64,000 bases of DNA, taken from assembly GCA_021801225.1 (NCBI GenBank), contig JAJYYF010000012.1, forward strand, positions 125,027 through 189,026, written 5' to 3'. Under the pieces are notes generated by a model that was given only the letters and a program-made list of their open reading frames with translations, had not been told where the DNA came from and made no database searches. The translations under genes and the position numbers were made by a program. The stretch comes from Candidatus Micrarchaeota archaeon (lineage in GTDB: Archaea; Micrarchaeota; Micrarchaeia; Micrarchaeales; CABMGC01). Each line of letters begins with the position of its first letter. Position 1 is the first letter of the stretch. Of the stretch, positions 33,728 to 43,137 are shown piece after piece.

Positions 33728-36391
33728 ATGACTTTAAAAATGCAAATAGCTTTGGAGTTTATGATTCTTTTTGCATTTATAATTGTAATTTTTCTTTTCA
33801 TGTTTGCATTAATCGCAACACAAAGAGGCTCCATATCTAATCAGCAGACTTACTCTCAGTTACAAGTAATAGCTCAGAATATAGCACAGCAAATAAACTT
33901 TGCAGAAATATCAGGCACAGGCTACATTTACAACTCAAGTCTTTATAGCACAATAGGTGTACCTATATACAATATATCAATAACAAAAACAGGAATAGTA
34001 GTTGTAAACTCAAAGATAAATACTCAAGTAATAAGCGGTATTGCATACGCAAATTCAAATAATATAGAAGCTCCATCTTATTTATCAAATAATACTATTT
34101 TTATACAGAATTATTTGGGTCAAATATGTATTGATCAACCATGTTATCAAATAAACAACATTCCATCTAAAATAAGTACTTATTCTTCTCAATCCTCATT
34201 AAATGGGAAATCTGGTTACACTATAAATGCTGTTGTGTTGAATACCTCTGGATTATACTCTTTTAACTCATTAATTGGTTTTTCTACAACATTAGGTAAC
34301 TTTTCAGAGTATGCATTCTCAACAAACCGTACTAATAAATACGGCACAGCAAATGTTTTTATCTCTAGAAACGGACCTGGCGGTACGGCTATAGCTAAAG
34401 CAATAGGTTTTGAAGGTGGGCAAGGAATGATTGAAAATTTATCACAATGGTTTCCATTAAACTTAGATTCTGGGAATTATATTTATGACTTAAGTGGTTA
34501 TAATGCGATAGCTACTCTAGTTAATGTATCTTGGGCTGAACCTAATTATGCAGCAACGTTTCAAGGAAATAGTTATATAAAAATACCTTCATTAACACTA
34601 CCTCAATCATTTTCAATAGGCATTTGGGTTTATCCATATCAAAATGTAAACGAAGAACTTTTTGGACAGAATAGCTCTACTACAGGAAGTTTTTCAATCA
34701 GTGCATTAAACTCTACAGATAATAATCAATTCATGTTAAATATACAAGGTTTTGGAAATGTTATTTTCGGTTCTTATACTCCTGATACGTGGTCTTTTAT
34801 TGGTTTAAGCTACGATGGTGCAACAAAAAACATCTCTACTTATGAAAATGGGGTACTTTTAACCTCAAACATACTTACTCAATCACTTTTAACTTCTTCA
34901 CCGTTTTATTTAGGATACTCAAAACCAAACCCTGGGTTTTCTTCATTTACAGGTAAATTATCAAATTTTCAAGTATACGCAACTAACTTACTTCCTAATC
35001 AAATAACTCAATTAACAAACTTTGGAATTCAAACGCCTCCTATAATAAATAGTAACAGCATTATTTGGATGCAACTGAATGGCAATTTAGATAATTATGC
35101 AGGAAACAACTACAATCTTTTTACTTCAGGATCGGTAAGTTTTTCAAATCCTGAGGTAAATACAAATCTAAATACAAATCAAAGTAGTATTTTGGTTGCA
35201 TCATTTAATGGCATAAACTCTGCAATAAATATAACAAATCCTTCATACGGTTTAGTTAACTCAGGAGATAAATATCCTTTATCAATAAGCACATGGTTTA
35301 AACTTAACTCTCCACAAAGTATACAACAATTAATATACACATACTCAACCTCATCATTTTGTGGATTTAATTTATATTTGGAGAACTCAAATACAGTAAC
35401 ATTTTCAAATAATTGCGGCTCTTCTTTTTCTTTCCCACAACAATTTTTAGATAACCATTGGTATAATCTAGTACTAACTAACAACGTCTCAGCTCCTTAC
35501 ACCACCTCTATTTATCTAAATGGAGTATTAATACAAAGTACTCCATTTCAACTTATTACTAGTACTGGTTGGACAAAGTTGTCGATAGGAAACTCTCCTG
35601 GAAATTATCTTAACGGAGAGTTATCAAATATACAATTATATAATACAACACTATCTCCTTCATCTGTTGCAAAAATATTTCAAAATGGGGAAGCATCAAT
35701 ACCTAATGACAATAATTTAACTGTATGGTTGCCTTTAGATGGAAATACAAACGATTACTCATTTAATGGAAGTACAACCTCTTCTAATATTGAATATAAT
35801 CAAAAATTATCACAGATAAATCTTAATTCGTATTCTTTAAATGGATACGGTTTATTGTTCAACGGTAACGGAGCTGCAAGTAGTTCTTTTTCTAATACTG
35901 TTGTAGGTACAAACTCATTTACAATAAATGATTGGATTTATCCATATCCTACCTCACATGTATTATCTTTTGTATCTATGTACTACTCATCAAGTGCTGC
36001 ATTCGGTTTAACGCTTAATAAGCAAAGTTCCTCAACAGGACTTGTCCTGAATCTTTCATTATCTACTGGAGGAAATCTATATAATGATATTGGAGGTAAA
36101 ATACCTTTTTATACGTGGACACAAGTAACTGGGGTTTATAATGGTAAAAATCTTACTAGTTATATAAATGGACAGGAAGCATCGGTACTAAATGGAGTAA
36201 CACCTACATTAGCAAATGAAGTAACATCATTTAATTTTGGAGGAGTTTATATAAATAATTATCCGTATGATTATAATGGCATCATTGCAGACGAATCTCT
36301 TTTCAAATCTGCATTAAATGCGACACAAATCTATATGCTGTATAAACTTGGGATGCCAATTACCTCAACGCAAAAACTTCCAATAAGTTGA
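33728..36391 (+). CDS. giant pilin-like protein with multiple LamG/ConA-like lectin-fold domains
   Basis: N-terminus MTLKMQIALEFMILFAFIIVIFLF. At least three LamG_3-type domain ends are present (GKLSNFQVYATNLLPNQITQL, GELSNIQLYNTTLSPSSVAKIF, GIIADESLFKSALNATQIYMLY). The protein is S/T/N-rich. Confidence 0.7.
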   Translation: MTLKMQIALEFMILFAFIIVIFLFMFALIATQRGSISNQQTYSQLQVIAQNIAQQINFAEISGTGYIYNSSLYSTIGVPIYNISITKTGIVVVNSKINTQVISGIAYANSNNIEAPSYLSNNTIFIQNYLGQICIDQPCYQINNIPSKISTYSSQSSLNGKSGYTINAVVLNTSGLYSFNSLIGFSTTLGNFSEYAFSTNRTNKYGTANVFISRNGPGGTAIAKAIGFEGGQGMIENLSQWFPLNLDSGNYIYDLSGYNAIATLVNVSWAEPNYAATFQGNSYIKIPSLTLPQSFSIGIWVYPYQNVNEELFGQNSSTTGSFSISALNSTDNNQFMLNIQGFGNVIFGSYTPDTWSFIGLSYDGATKNISTYENGVLLTSNILTQSLLTSSPFYLGYSKPNPGFSSFTGKLSNFQVYATNLLPNQITQLTNFGIQTPPIINSNSIIWMQLNGNLDNYAGNNYNLFTSGSVSFSNPEVNTNLNTNQSSILVASFNGINSAINITNPSYGLVNSGDKYPLSISTWFKLNSPQSIQQLIYTYSTSSFCGFNLYLENSNTVTFSNNCGSSFSFPQQFLDNHWYNLVLTNNVSAPYTTSIYLNGVLIQSTPFQLITSTGWTKLSIGNSPGNYLNGELSNIQLYNTTLSPSSVAKIFQNGEASIPNDNNLTVWLPLDGNTNDYSFNGSTTSSNIEYNQKLSQINLNSYSLNGYGLLFNGNGAASSSFSNTVVGTNSFTINDWIYPYPTSHVLSFVSMYYSSSAAFGLTLNKQSSSTGLVLNLSLSTGGNLYNDIGGKIPFYTWTQVTGVYNGKNLTSYINGQEASVLNGVTPTLANEVTSFNFGGVYINNYPYDYNGIIADESLFKSALNATQIYMLYKLGMPITSTQKLPIS

Positions 36392-36930
36392 TATTTATGA
36401 AAGCACAATTTTGGTCTTTTGACGCTGTCTTTGGAATAATACTCTTTATACTAGGGCTAATAATACTCACTTATGCATGGATAACTATAAGCAATGGCTA
36501 CTCATCTGTATCATCAAATAACGCAGGATCTATGCAATCTGAGTTAACAAAACTTAATTACTTAATTTTTTATCCAGGAAATCCATCAAACTGGGACTCT
36601 GTAATAAATGTTTCAAATCCAACAACATGGTCAGGAATATCTGCCGGTTTTGGTAGGTTATCAAATCCAAATGATCTATCCCAAAGTAAATTGTTGTCAT
36701 TTTGGGCAATGTCAAATATAAATTACTCTTTAACAAAAGAAACATTAGGAATTTCGTATGACTATTACATTAATATTTCATCTAACAACTTTAATTTAGA
36801 TCTAGGCAGAAATCCCGTTTCATTTAATCCGACATCAATAGATGTAGTATCAGAACCCGTTATAATAAATGGCTACCCTGCAAAATTAACTCTAGAAGTA
36901 TGGACAAATACTACTTTTGGAATAGAGTGA
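36388..36930 (+). CDS. pilin-like protein (class III signal-like N-terminus)
   Basis: MKAQFWSFDAVFGIILFILGLIILTY; overlaps the upstream gene by 4 nt. Confidence 0.55.
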   Translation: MIFMKAQFWSFDAVFGIILFILGLIILTYAWITISNGYSSVSSNNAGSMQSELTKLNYLIFYPGNPSNWDSVINVSNPTTWSGISAGFGRLSNPNDLSQSKLLSFWAMSNINYSLTKETLGISYDYYINISSNNFNLDLGRNPVSFNPTSIDVVSEPVIINGYPAKLTLEVWTNTTFGIE

Positions 36931-37071
36931 GTCTGTAAAAAATTTAGATTAAATTATTTAATGATCAATTAATAAATAACTACTTAATCAAGCCAAATAC
37001 ATAACATTGAATTAGAAGATTGATATATCAAAAAATAATTAACTCGCTTAGCAACTTAAATTACATTAAAT

Positions 37072-38079
37072 TTAAGCTGCAGGGCCTATTCCACTAAATA
37101 ATCCACCTAGTGCAATTGAGACTAAGAAGAATATAGCTAATCCTATTAAAATGAAAACAGGCAGGTACTTCAGGCCTTTAATGGCAGCGCCACTAGATAT
37201 TCCTGAAACAATGAAAGCACTTATTCCACTTATTAATATTATTGCTATTAAAGAGAAAAGATTATACTCTGAAGGTTGTATTGTTGGTGGGTGTGGTTTA
37301 AGAAACGAAACACTACTGACTTGTGTTATAGAGCTTAAACCGTTGGGATTTTGTTGTAATATCCCACTCCATATTGTGTCAGTAATTGCAATCATTTTAT
37401 TTGTTAAAGCATAAAGTACCGGAGCTCCAATAACTGCTGCAAAAATTATAAATATAGTATACATCAAAAGTTGGCTTCCTATCTCCTTTTGTATTATTTG
37501 TTGATTTCTTAGGTCTTTTGATATTTGATTAAGTATATCTGCTAAACCTCCTCCATATCGCAAAGCCTCGCTCATCATTCTTGTAGTTCTTCTTAACTGT
37601 ACTGATCTGTATCTATTTGATAAATTTAAAAGTGCATTAGTCATAGTTTCTCCAAAGTAAAGTTGTTTTGCCATTAAAAGTACATCATCCTTGAAGTACT
37701 TGAAATCAGGTCTTGCTGCTGCTATTAATGCTTTATCTAAAGAAACTCCGCTTCTCATATTTGCTGAAGCTATTTGTAAGTAATCTGGTAAAACCTCCTC
37801 TACAAATGTCTTTCTTTTGTCAATCATATACTCCAATATGGCATATAAAATAAACTCAAAAGTTGCTGCACCTGATATTCCAATAATCGCAGAAATTCCA
37901 GGATTAAAACCTTCTACAAGCAACGAAAAAAATGATAACAAAATGAGTATTCCAAATCCACCTAAAATAGCTATTTTAAAGAACTTGTCCACACTCATCT
38001 TCAATCCAGATAAATCTAACTCATCTGATACAAACCTTACTAGGTTTCTTGATACCAATCTTTCAAAGTTTACTGCCAT
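37072..38079 (-). CDS. type II secretion system F-domain platform protein (TadC/FlaJ-half-like)
   Basis: One T2SSF-type domain (LPDYLQIASANMRSGVSLDKAL...LADILNQISKDL) flanked by TM helices. Confidence 0.75.
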   Translation of the reverse strand: MAVNFERLVSRNLVRFVSDELDLSGLKMSVDKFFKIAILGGFGILILLSFFSLLVEGFNPGISAIIGISGAATFEFILYAILEYMIDKRKTFVEEVLPDYLQIASANMRSGVSLDKALIAAARPDFKYFKDDVLLMAKQLYFGETMTNALLNLSNRYRSVQLRRTTRMMSEALRYGGGLADILNQISKDLRNQQIIQKEIGSQLLMYTIFIIFAAVIGAPVLYALTNKMIAITDTIWSGILQQNPNGLSSITQVSSVSFLKPHPPTIQPSEYNLFSLIAIILISGISAFIVSGISSGAAIKGLKYLPVFILIGLAIFFLVSIALGGLFSGIGPAA

Positions 38080-38090
38080 TTTTAATTCAT

Positions 38091-39191
38091 CTACATACTA
38101 AACGAAGGTCTTGAACTCTTAATTAAGTTTAGGAATATTAACTGTACGCCTACTATAAATACTAATGTTATCACTAATGTCGTTGTATCTATTGTCACTA
38201 AACTTATAAACGTTGTCATTATTGCAGCCACAGCTATTCCCATACTTGGGAATATTACTCCAAAAATCATATAAAACATAGCAAGTGCGTTAAGCCTTTG
38301 ACCGTATCTTCTTAATTCAATTACTCTTTCTTGCATTATATCGTCTACTACTCCTTGCAATGATGTTGTAATATCTGCACCAACTCTTATACTTATACTT
38401 GCCTGAAGCATTATTCTTTTAAAAGTTTTTGAGTAACTTTTACTACTTACCTCCTCTATTGCTTGTTCAACAGGCATACCTAACTGTGCTAAAGAAACTA
38501 TTTTTTGGAACTCATGGCTTGCCCAACCATAGCCTGTGCTTACTGAGGTCATAGCATTGAACAAAGGCATTCCAGACCTCATACTTATTACCATATCTCT
38601 TGTAGCGAAAAGAATATCTTTGTCTATTTCTTTTCCAATTTTCTTACCTCTCGCTATTGGATAACTTATAAAATTATTGAAGAAAACATTATACATTGCA
38701 ATTAAACTTACAATGGCTATTATCGCAGATCCTACTGGACTGACATTCAACTTTAACATAATTGCTAGAACTAGAATTGAAACTACTATCGAAAGAATTA
38801 TTGAAAAAAAGATCATTCTTTTTATAAAATCATAAGGTGTTCCTTTAAAATTAATATCTGTTAATGAAGTATCTAATCCTTTTTTATTTATTAAAATCCT
38901 TGTAATATACATACTTCTATTTTTATTTTTTTTATTGTTATTTGATGTGTCTTTTTGTGTTGTACTTTGAGTTGTTTGTACATTTGTCTTTTGTGAAGTA
39001 TCCTCTTGTTTTGTTTTATCCTGGGTGTTATTATCATTATTGTTAGTCGGTGCATTGTTTATTTTTTTATTATCATATATAGGTTTAGATTTTATTTTAA
39101 AAAACCCAATTTTTTTACTTTTTGTAAAACCTACTGGTTTATTCTGATTCGTTTCAGAACCTTCGCCTGTATTTGGATTTGTTTCAGCCAT
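38091..39191 (-). CDS. type II secretion system F-domain platform protein (TadB/FlaJ-half-like)
   Basis: T2SSF-type domain (ILFATRDMVISMRSGMPLFNAM...GADITTSLQGVVDD) with TM helices. The N-terminal about 100 aa are N/T/Q-rich and low complexity. Confidence 0.75.
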   Translation of the reverse strand: MAETNPNTGEGSETNQNKPVGFTKSKKIGFFKIKSKPIYDNKKINNAPTNNNDNNTQDKTKQEDTSQKTNVQTTQSTTQKDTSNNNKKNKNRSMYITRILINKKGLDTSLTDINFKGTPYDFIKRMIFFSIILSIVVSILVLAIMLKLNVSPVGSAIIAIVSLIAMYNVFFNNFISYPIARGKKIGKEIDKDILFATRDMVISMRSGMPLFNAMTSVSTGYGWASHEFQKIVSLAQLGMPVEQAIEEVSSKSYSKTFKRIMLQASISIRVGADITTSLQGVVDDIMQERVIELRRYGQRLNALAMFYMIFGVIFPSMGIAVAAIMTTFISLVTIDTTTLVITLVFIVGVQLIFLNLIKSSRPSFSM

Positions 39192-39216
39192 TATAATCCA
39201 CTAATATCTAACATTA

Positions 39217-39804
39217 CTATTTTATAGTATTATGTAATTTTTTGATTACTTCATCAAGTCTTTGATTTCTAATTTCTGAATCACCGCCACTCTCAAAACC
39301 CTTTTTAACCATTGAGTCAACATATTCTTTTAATCCTTTAATCTCATCATTAATCGTATCGAGTTGTTCTTTGTTAAAAACATTTTGATCAAGACCTAAA
39401 CTTATTTTTTCTAACTCACTTATTTGATCTTCCGTAGACAAGTAAACTAAAACTAATTTATTTTTCCTAACTGAAGGCATACTAATATCTTTTATATCAG
39501 TAATCACCTCCTTGCCTATATTTGAAACAGCCATTCCCAATTCTTTTTCAGCATCTTTCATAAGTTCTTGAAAAGCAAAAGATTCCTGTGAGTGTTTCAT
39601 TCCATCTTTATTATGCGCCTTTGAATCATTGGTAACTGAATTTTTATCTATTGCCATTAAAGCTTGATTATAATCATATTCATTAATTGAACTTTTTTTA
39701 ATTAGTGCAGCGTTTAAATTCAATATTTCTGAAGATTCGTTTTGTTTTAATTCAAGTATTTTATTTACTGCATCCTCATAAGTTATCTCTGCCATAAAAA
39801 TCAT
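39217..39804 (-). CDS. hypothetical acidic protein of the pilus locus
   Basis: 195 aa with no TM and no recognised motif. Overlaps the ATPase gene by 4 nt. Confidence 0.5.
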   Translation of the reverse strand: MIFMAEITYEDAVNKILELKQNESSEILNLNAALIKKSSINEYDYNQALMAIDKNSVTNDSKAHNKDGMKHSQESFAFQELMKDAEKELGMAVSNIGKEVITDIKDISMPSVRKNKLVLVYLSTEDQISELEKISLGLDQNVFNKEQLDTINDEIKGLKEYVDSMVKKGFESGGDSEIRNQRLDEVIKKLHNTIK

Positions 39805-41297
39805 TTAAAAAGATTCTCAGTATATGTTATATTTTCATTAACTATATCTATTACCTTTGAAGGGTTTTTATAATAATTTGCAACTATATAACCAGAAGTT
39901 GTTATATCAAATATTTTGTTGTTTATCATCCATGTTATTATCTTACCTTTTTGTGCTATATCCTGATTTATTTCTTGTGTTGTATAACCTCCATAAAGTG
40001 AAATAGTCTGATTTAATCTTGTCATATCTCCTATTCTCAAGAACATATCATTTCTTATGTCCCATCTTGTAATCACATTAGCATCTCCAGAGTTTGTTAT
40101 CTCTCCGAACTCAAGCATCCTTCTAATACCTAATCTCCTATGTCTAAAAAGTGAAACAATAGCACCTATTGAGTTCAGCATAATCTTTGGTGTATCTATT
40201 GGAGGGTTTGTCATTCTGATTATAGTGTCTTGCGAGTTATCTGCGTGAAGTGTTCCATATACTGCATGACCTGTGTGTATAGCCTCGAAAAGAGTCTCTG
40301 CATCATTCTTAACTCTAATTTCTCCAATAATCATAATATCTGGTCTTTGTCTTAAAGCATTAATCATTAAGTCATAAAGTCTTACCTCTCCTTTTCCTTC
40401 GGGGTTTGGTTGCCTAGTTTGCATAGGTACCCACTGTAAGAAATCAGGTAAACTAAGTTCTCTTGTATCCTCTACTGAGATTACTCTTCTGTTAGGTGGC
40501 ATGAACATACTCATAGCATTCAGAAAACTTGTCTTACCGCTAGCTGTACCTCCTGAGATTAAAATACTAATTTCGTTCTGTATGCTTAGCCAAATTAATC
40601 CGGCTATCTCTGGTGATAACGCTTTATTAGCTACTAGTGCAGTCATTGTCCAGGGATTCTTAGCAAATTTTCTTATGGTTATTGTATTTCCTTTTACTGA
40701 TATTGGATATAAAGTAGCATTTACTCTAGAACCATCAGGAAGTTCAGCGTCCATGATAGGAGTTAAGTTACTAATCTCTCTTCCTACCTTTCTTCCTATC
40801 TGTTCCGATATCTCATAAATTTCATCTTCACTCTGTAGCCTTAAGTTACTTTTACACCATCCGTAATCTTTATGGAAAATCCATATCGGTTCGCTAGCAG
40901 TGTTAACTGCAATTTCCTCAAGATTCTCATCAGCTATAAAAACTTCTAAGTCCCCTAAACCTAAGAACATGTTTATTATATAAGCAATAAGTATGCTCTT
41001 CATTTCTTGGTTTATTCCGGGTAAGTATTTATCTAGAATTGTACTAGCAGAGCTTTCATAAAGTCTATTTAGTTCTTTCACATATTTTTCGTCTTGTAAT
41101 CTTTCTTGATCTACTGGAACGGCAGCAAGAAGCTCAGGTCTCATAGAAGTTAATAAAACCTTAGTCGCATCTCCAATACCTGCATAACTTACTGTATAAA
41201 TAGGTACAAAATCTCCTTTTTTAGTAATGTCTATATTTACATCTAAGCCATTTGAATTAATTTTATATTTTGTTAAATTTATTTCTTCATTTATCAT
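39801..41297 (-). CDS. type II/IV secretion-system ATPase (FlaI/TadA/VirB11 family)
   Basis: Walker A GGTASGKTS, EDTREL (Asp box), Walker B/His box RQRPDIMIIGEIR...HTGHAVYGTLHA. Confidence 0.9.
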   Translation of the reverse strand: MINEEINLTKYKINSNGLDVNIDITKKGDFVPIYTVSYAGIGDATKVLLTSMRPELLAAVPVDQERLQDEKYVKELNRLYESSASTILDKYLPGINQEMKSILIAYIINMFLGLGDLEVFIADENLEEIAVNTASEPIWIFHKDYGWCKSNLRLQSEDEIYEISEQIGRKVGREISNLTPIMDAELPDGSRVNATLYPISVKGNTITIRKFAKNPWTMTALVANKALSPEIAGLIWLSIQNEISILISGGTASGKTSFLNAMSMFMPPNRRVISVEDTRELSLPDFLQWVPMQTRQPNPEGKGEVRLYDLMINALRQRPDIMIIGEIRVKNDAETLFEAIHTGHAVYGTLHADNSQDTIIRMTNPPIDTPKIMLNSIGAIVSLFRHRRLGIRRMLEFGEITNSGDANVITRWDIRNDMFLRIGDMTRLNQTISLYGGYTTQEINQDIAQKGKIITWMINNKIFDITTSGYIVANYYKNPSKVIDIVNENITYTENLFK

Positions 41298-41309
41298 AAA
41301 ACTTACTCA

Positions 41310-42581
41310 TTATTGTATAGGTTTTTCATCTTCATTTTCTGCACCAATTTGTGGCAATTTACCTTCTATGTCCTTTATCTTATCTCCTATATCTTTTGTT
41401 TTTTGTTCATTTACCAATACTTGTTTATAATCATCAACCATGACTTTATCTTTTTTATTTGTTGTACCTTTTTTTAACTCTGATTGTAAATCAATTATTT
41501 CTTTTTTAACATCTCCAACCTCTTTAAATATATCTTTTATTTGATTGTCTACTTTTTTAATTTCATCTAACTTTGTTTGGTACTGTTTTATTATTTCTAA
41601 TTCTTTATTTACATCTGATGCTATTTTTTCATACCTCTTACTACTTAAATTATAAATTTTTTCAATATCCTCTTTTGTTTTTGTTAATTTATCCAATATA
41701 GCTACTCTTTCTTTTTTAATTTTCATATTCACTTCTGTCTGATTCTTTTTGTATTCTTCAAGTTTTTCATCATAATTTGATATTTGAGAATAAATTGTTT
41801 TTTCATATAAACTTATCTGTTCATCTTTTTCTTTTAACTCCTTTTCAATTATTGAAAACTGATCCTTCATATCAAACATTTTTTTATTAAACTCATTTAT
41901 TAAATCTTTTACAGAGCTTCTCATGTATGCTGTTTTACTTCTTAAATCATCAATTATCTCACGTGCATTTTTAGATACAACATCAACATTTTGGAATGAA
42001 AGATACTCTTTGTTAAAATCAAAATCTCTACTTTTCAAATTTTGGATCTCATTATTAATCTGATCTAAATAGGATTTAATGTTCATAACTTTTTTTTGTG
42101 CTTCTCCATTATACGCTACTAACTCATCTGTTTCACTTTTAATTACAGGCGTACTTTCTTTTAAATATTTATTTGTATTTTCAAAGTAATCTTTAAAGAC
42201 CTTAATTTTATTATTCAAAGCATCAATATTTTTTCTTTGAATATTTAGATTTTGATTTATTATATTTGATTTTATCTCGCTTACTTTTTTAATATTCTCA
42301 TTACTCATCTGTTCTATATTAGCCTGATCTACTTGAGTAGAACCTTTACTGTCGGATGGATTTTTAATTAAATTTACTTTTTCAGAAGTAGGCGATATAT
42401 ACATCTTTCCAACTTTATATACCAAACGCACTAACTTTGCTTTTTCAAGCGCCTTAGCCCAATCTATTACAGTTGTTTGGCTAACATTCAAAGCATTTGC
42501 AAGAGTTTGGGCATCAACCTCTCCTTTTTCATTGACATAACTGAGCAAAGAGTCTATTCCTGTTACTATGTTTTCTGCCAT
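41310..42581 (-). CDS. winged-helix domain plus about 350-aa coiled-coil protein
   Basis: N-terminal wHTH (LANALNVSQTTVIDWAKALEKAKLVRL) followed by K/E/N-rich heptad-like sequence. It is the first gene of the minus-strand pilus operon. Confidence 0.6.
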   Translation of the reverse strand: MAENIVTGIDSLLSYVNEKGEVDAQTLANALNVSQTTVIDWAKALEKAKLVRLVYKVGKMYISPTSEKVNLIKNPSDSKGSTQVDQANIEQMSNENIKKVSEIKSNIINQNLNIQRKNIDALNNKIKVFKDYFENTNKYLKESTPVIKSETDELVAYNGEAQKKVMNIKSYLDQINNEIQNLKSRDFDFNKEYLSFQNVDVVSKNAREIIDDLRSKTAYMRSSVKDLINEFNKKMFDMKDQFSIIEKELKEKDEQISLYEKTIYSQISNYDEKLEEYKKNQTEVNMKIKKERVAILDKLTKTKEDIEKIYNLSSKRYEKIASDVNKELEIIKQYQTKLDEIKKVDNQIKDIFKEVGDVKKEIIDLQSELKKGTTNKKDKVMVDDYKQVLVNEQKTKDIGDKIKDIEGKLPQIGAENEDEKPIQ

Positions 42582-42650
42582 ACTGTATCATTATTGAATA
42601 ACAAATAAATACTTAAATAGGTTTCCTTTATTTATGCTTTAAATGAATGC
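42388..42650. repeat. tandem-dispersed duplication, copy A (5' end plus upstream region of the wHTH-coiled-coil gene)
   Basis: By eye more than 90% identical to 42794-43055, including catactgtatcattatt.gataacaaataaatacttaaataggttt. Confidence 0.85.
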
Positions 42651-42775
42651 AAAGGAAGCCCACATCATTTACATGTGGAATGATGCTGCCATAATAAAGA
42701 GAATATTGATTTACACAAAATCTTTCAAATATGAGATATTAATTTATTTGCTAATAAAACATTCCAAATGAATTT

Positions 42776-42988
42776 TTATTTACGTCTTTTAGAAATAGGA
42801 GATACATACATTCTTCCAACTTTATTTACTAAACGCACTAACTTTGCTTTTTCAAGTGCTTTAGCCCAATCCATTACAGTTGTTTGGCTAACATTTAAAG
42901 CATTCGCAAGAGTTTTGGCATCAGCCTCTCCGTTTTCATTAATATAACTAAGCAAAGAGTCTATTCCTGTTACTATGTTTTCTGCCAT
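42776..42988 (-). CDS. stand-alone 70-aa wHTH protein, paralogue of the N-terminus of the 41310-42581 product
   Basis: MAENIVTGIDSLLSY(I/V)NE(N/K)GE(A/V)DA(K/Q)TLANALNVSQTTV(M/I)DWAKALEKAKLVRL is shared with the neighbouring gene. It is either a truncated duplicate or an independent small regulator. Confidence 0.5.
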   Translation of the reverse strand: MAENIVTGIDSLLSYINENGEADAKTLANALNVSQTTVMDWAKALEKAKLVRLVNKVGRMYVSPISKRRK

Positions 42989-43055
42989 ACTGTATCATTA
43001 TTAGATAACAAATAAATACTTAAATAGGTTTCTTTATTTACAGTTTAAATCTTTT
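42794..43055. repeat. tandem-dispersed duplication, copy B
   Basis: Partner of 42388-42650, offset about 406 bp. Confidence 0.85.
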
Positions 43056-43137
43056 AGTTTATGTGCTGAGTGCTGAGTTATCTAGTAGTAATATTAAAAA
43101 CCTTTAATAAAGTTGAGATAGTTATATATTCGATAAA

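Noticed and set aside
42640-42700. C/D-box sRNA in the spacer between the duplicated wHTH genes (AATGATGC, competing hairpins CCACAT/ATGTGG and CATCATT/AATGATG)
   Set aside because: The C-box match is imperfect and no CTGA D box lies at a suitable distance on either strand. It is more likely a terminator or spacer hairpin.
43063-43077. GTGCTGAG tandem (two units) upstream of the ligase gene
   Set aside because: With only two copies it is too short to be meaningful.
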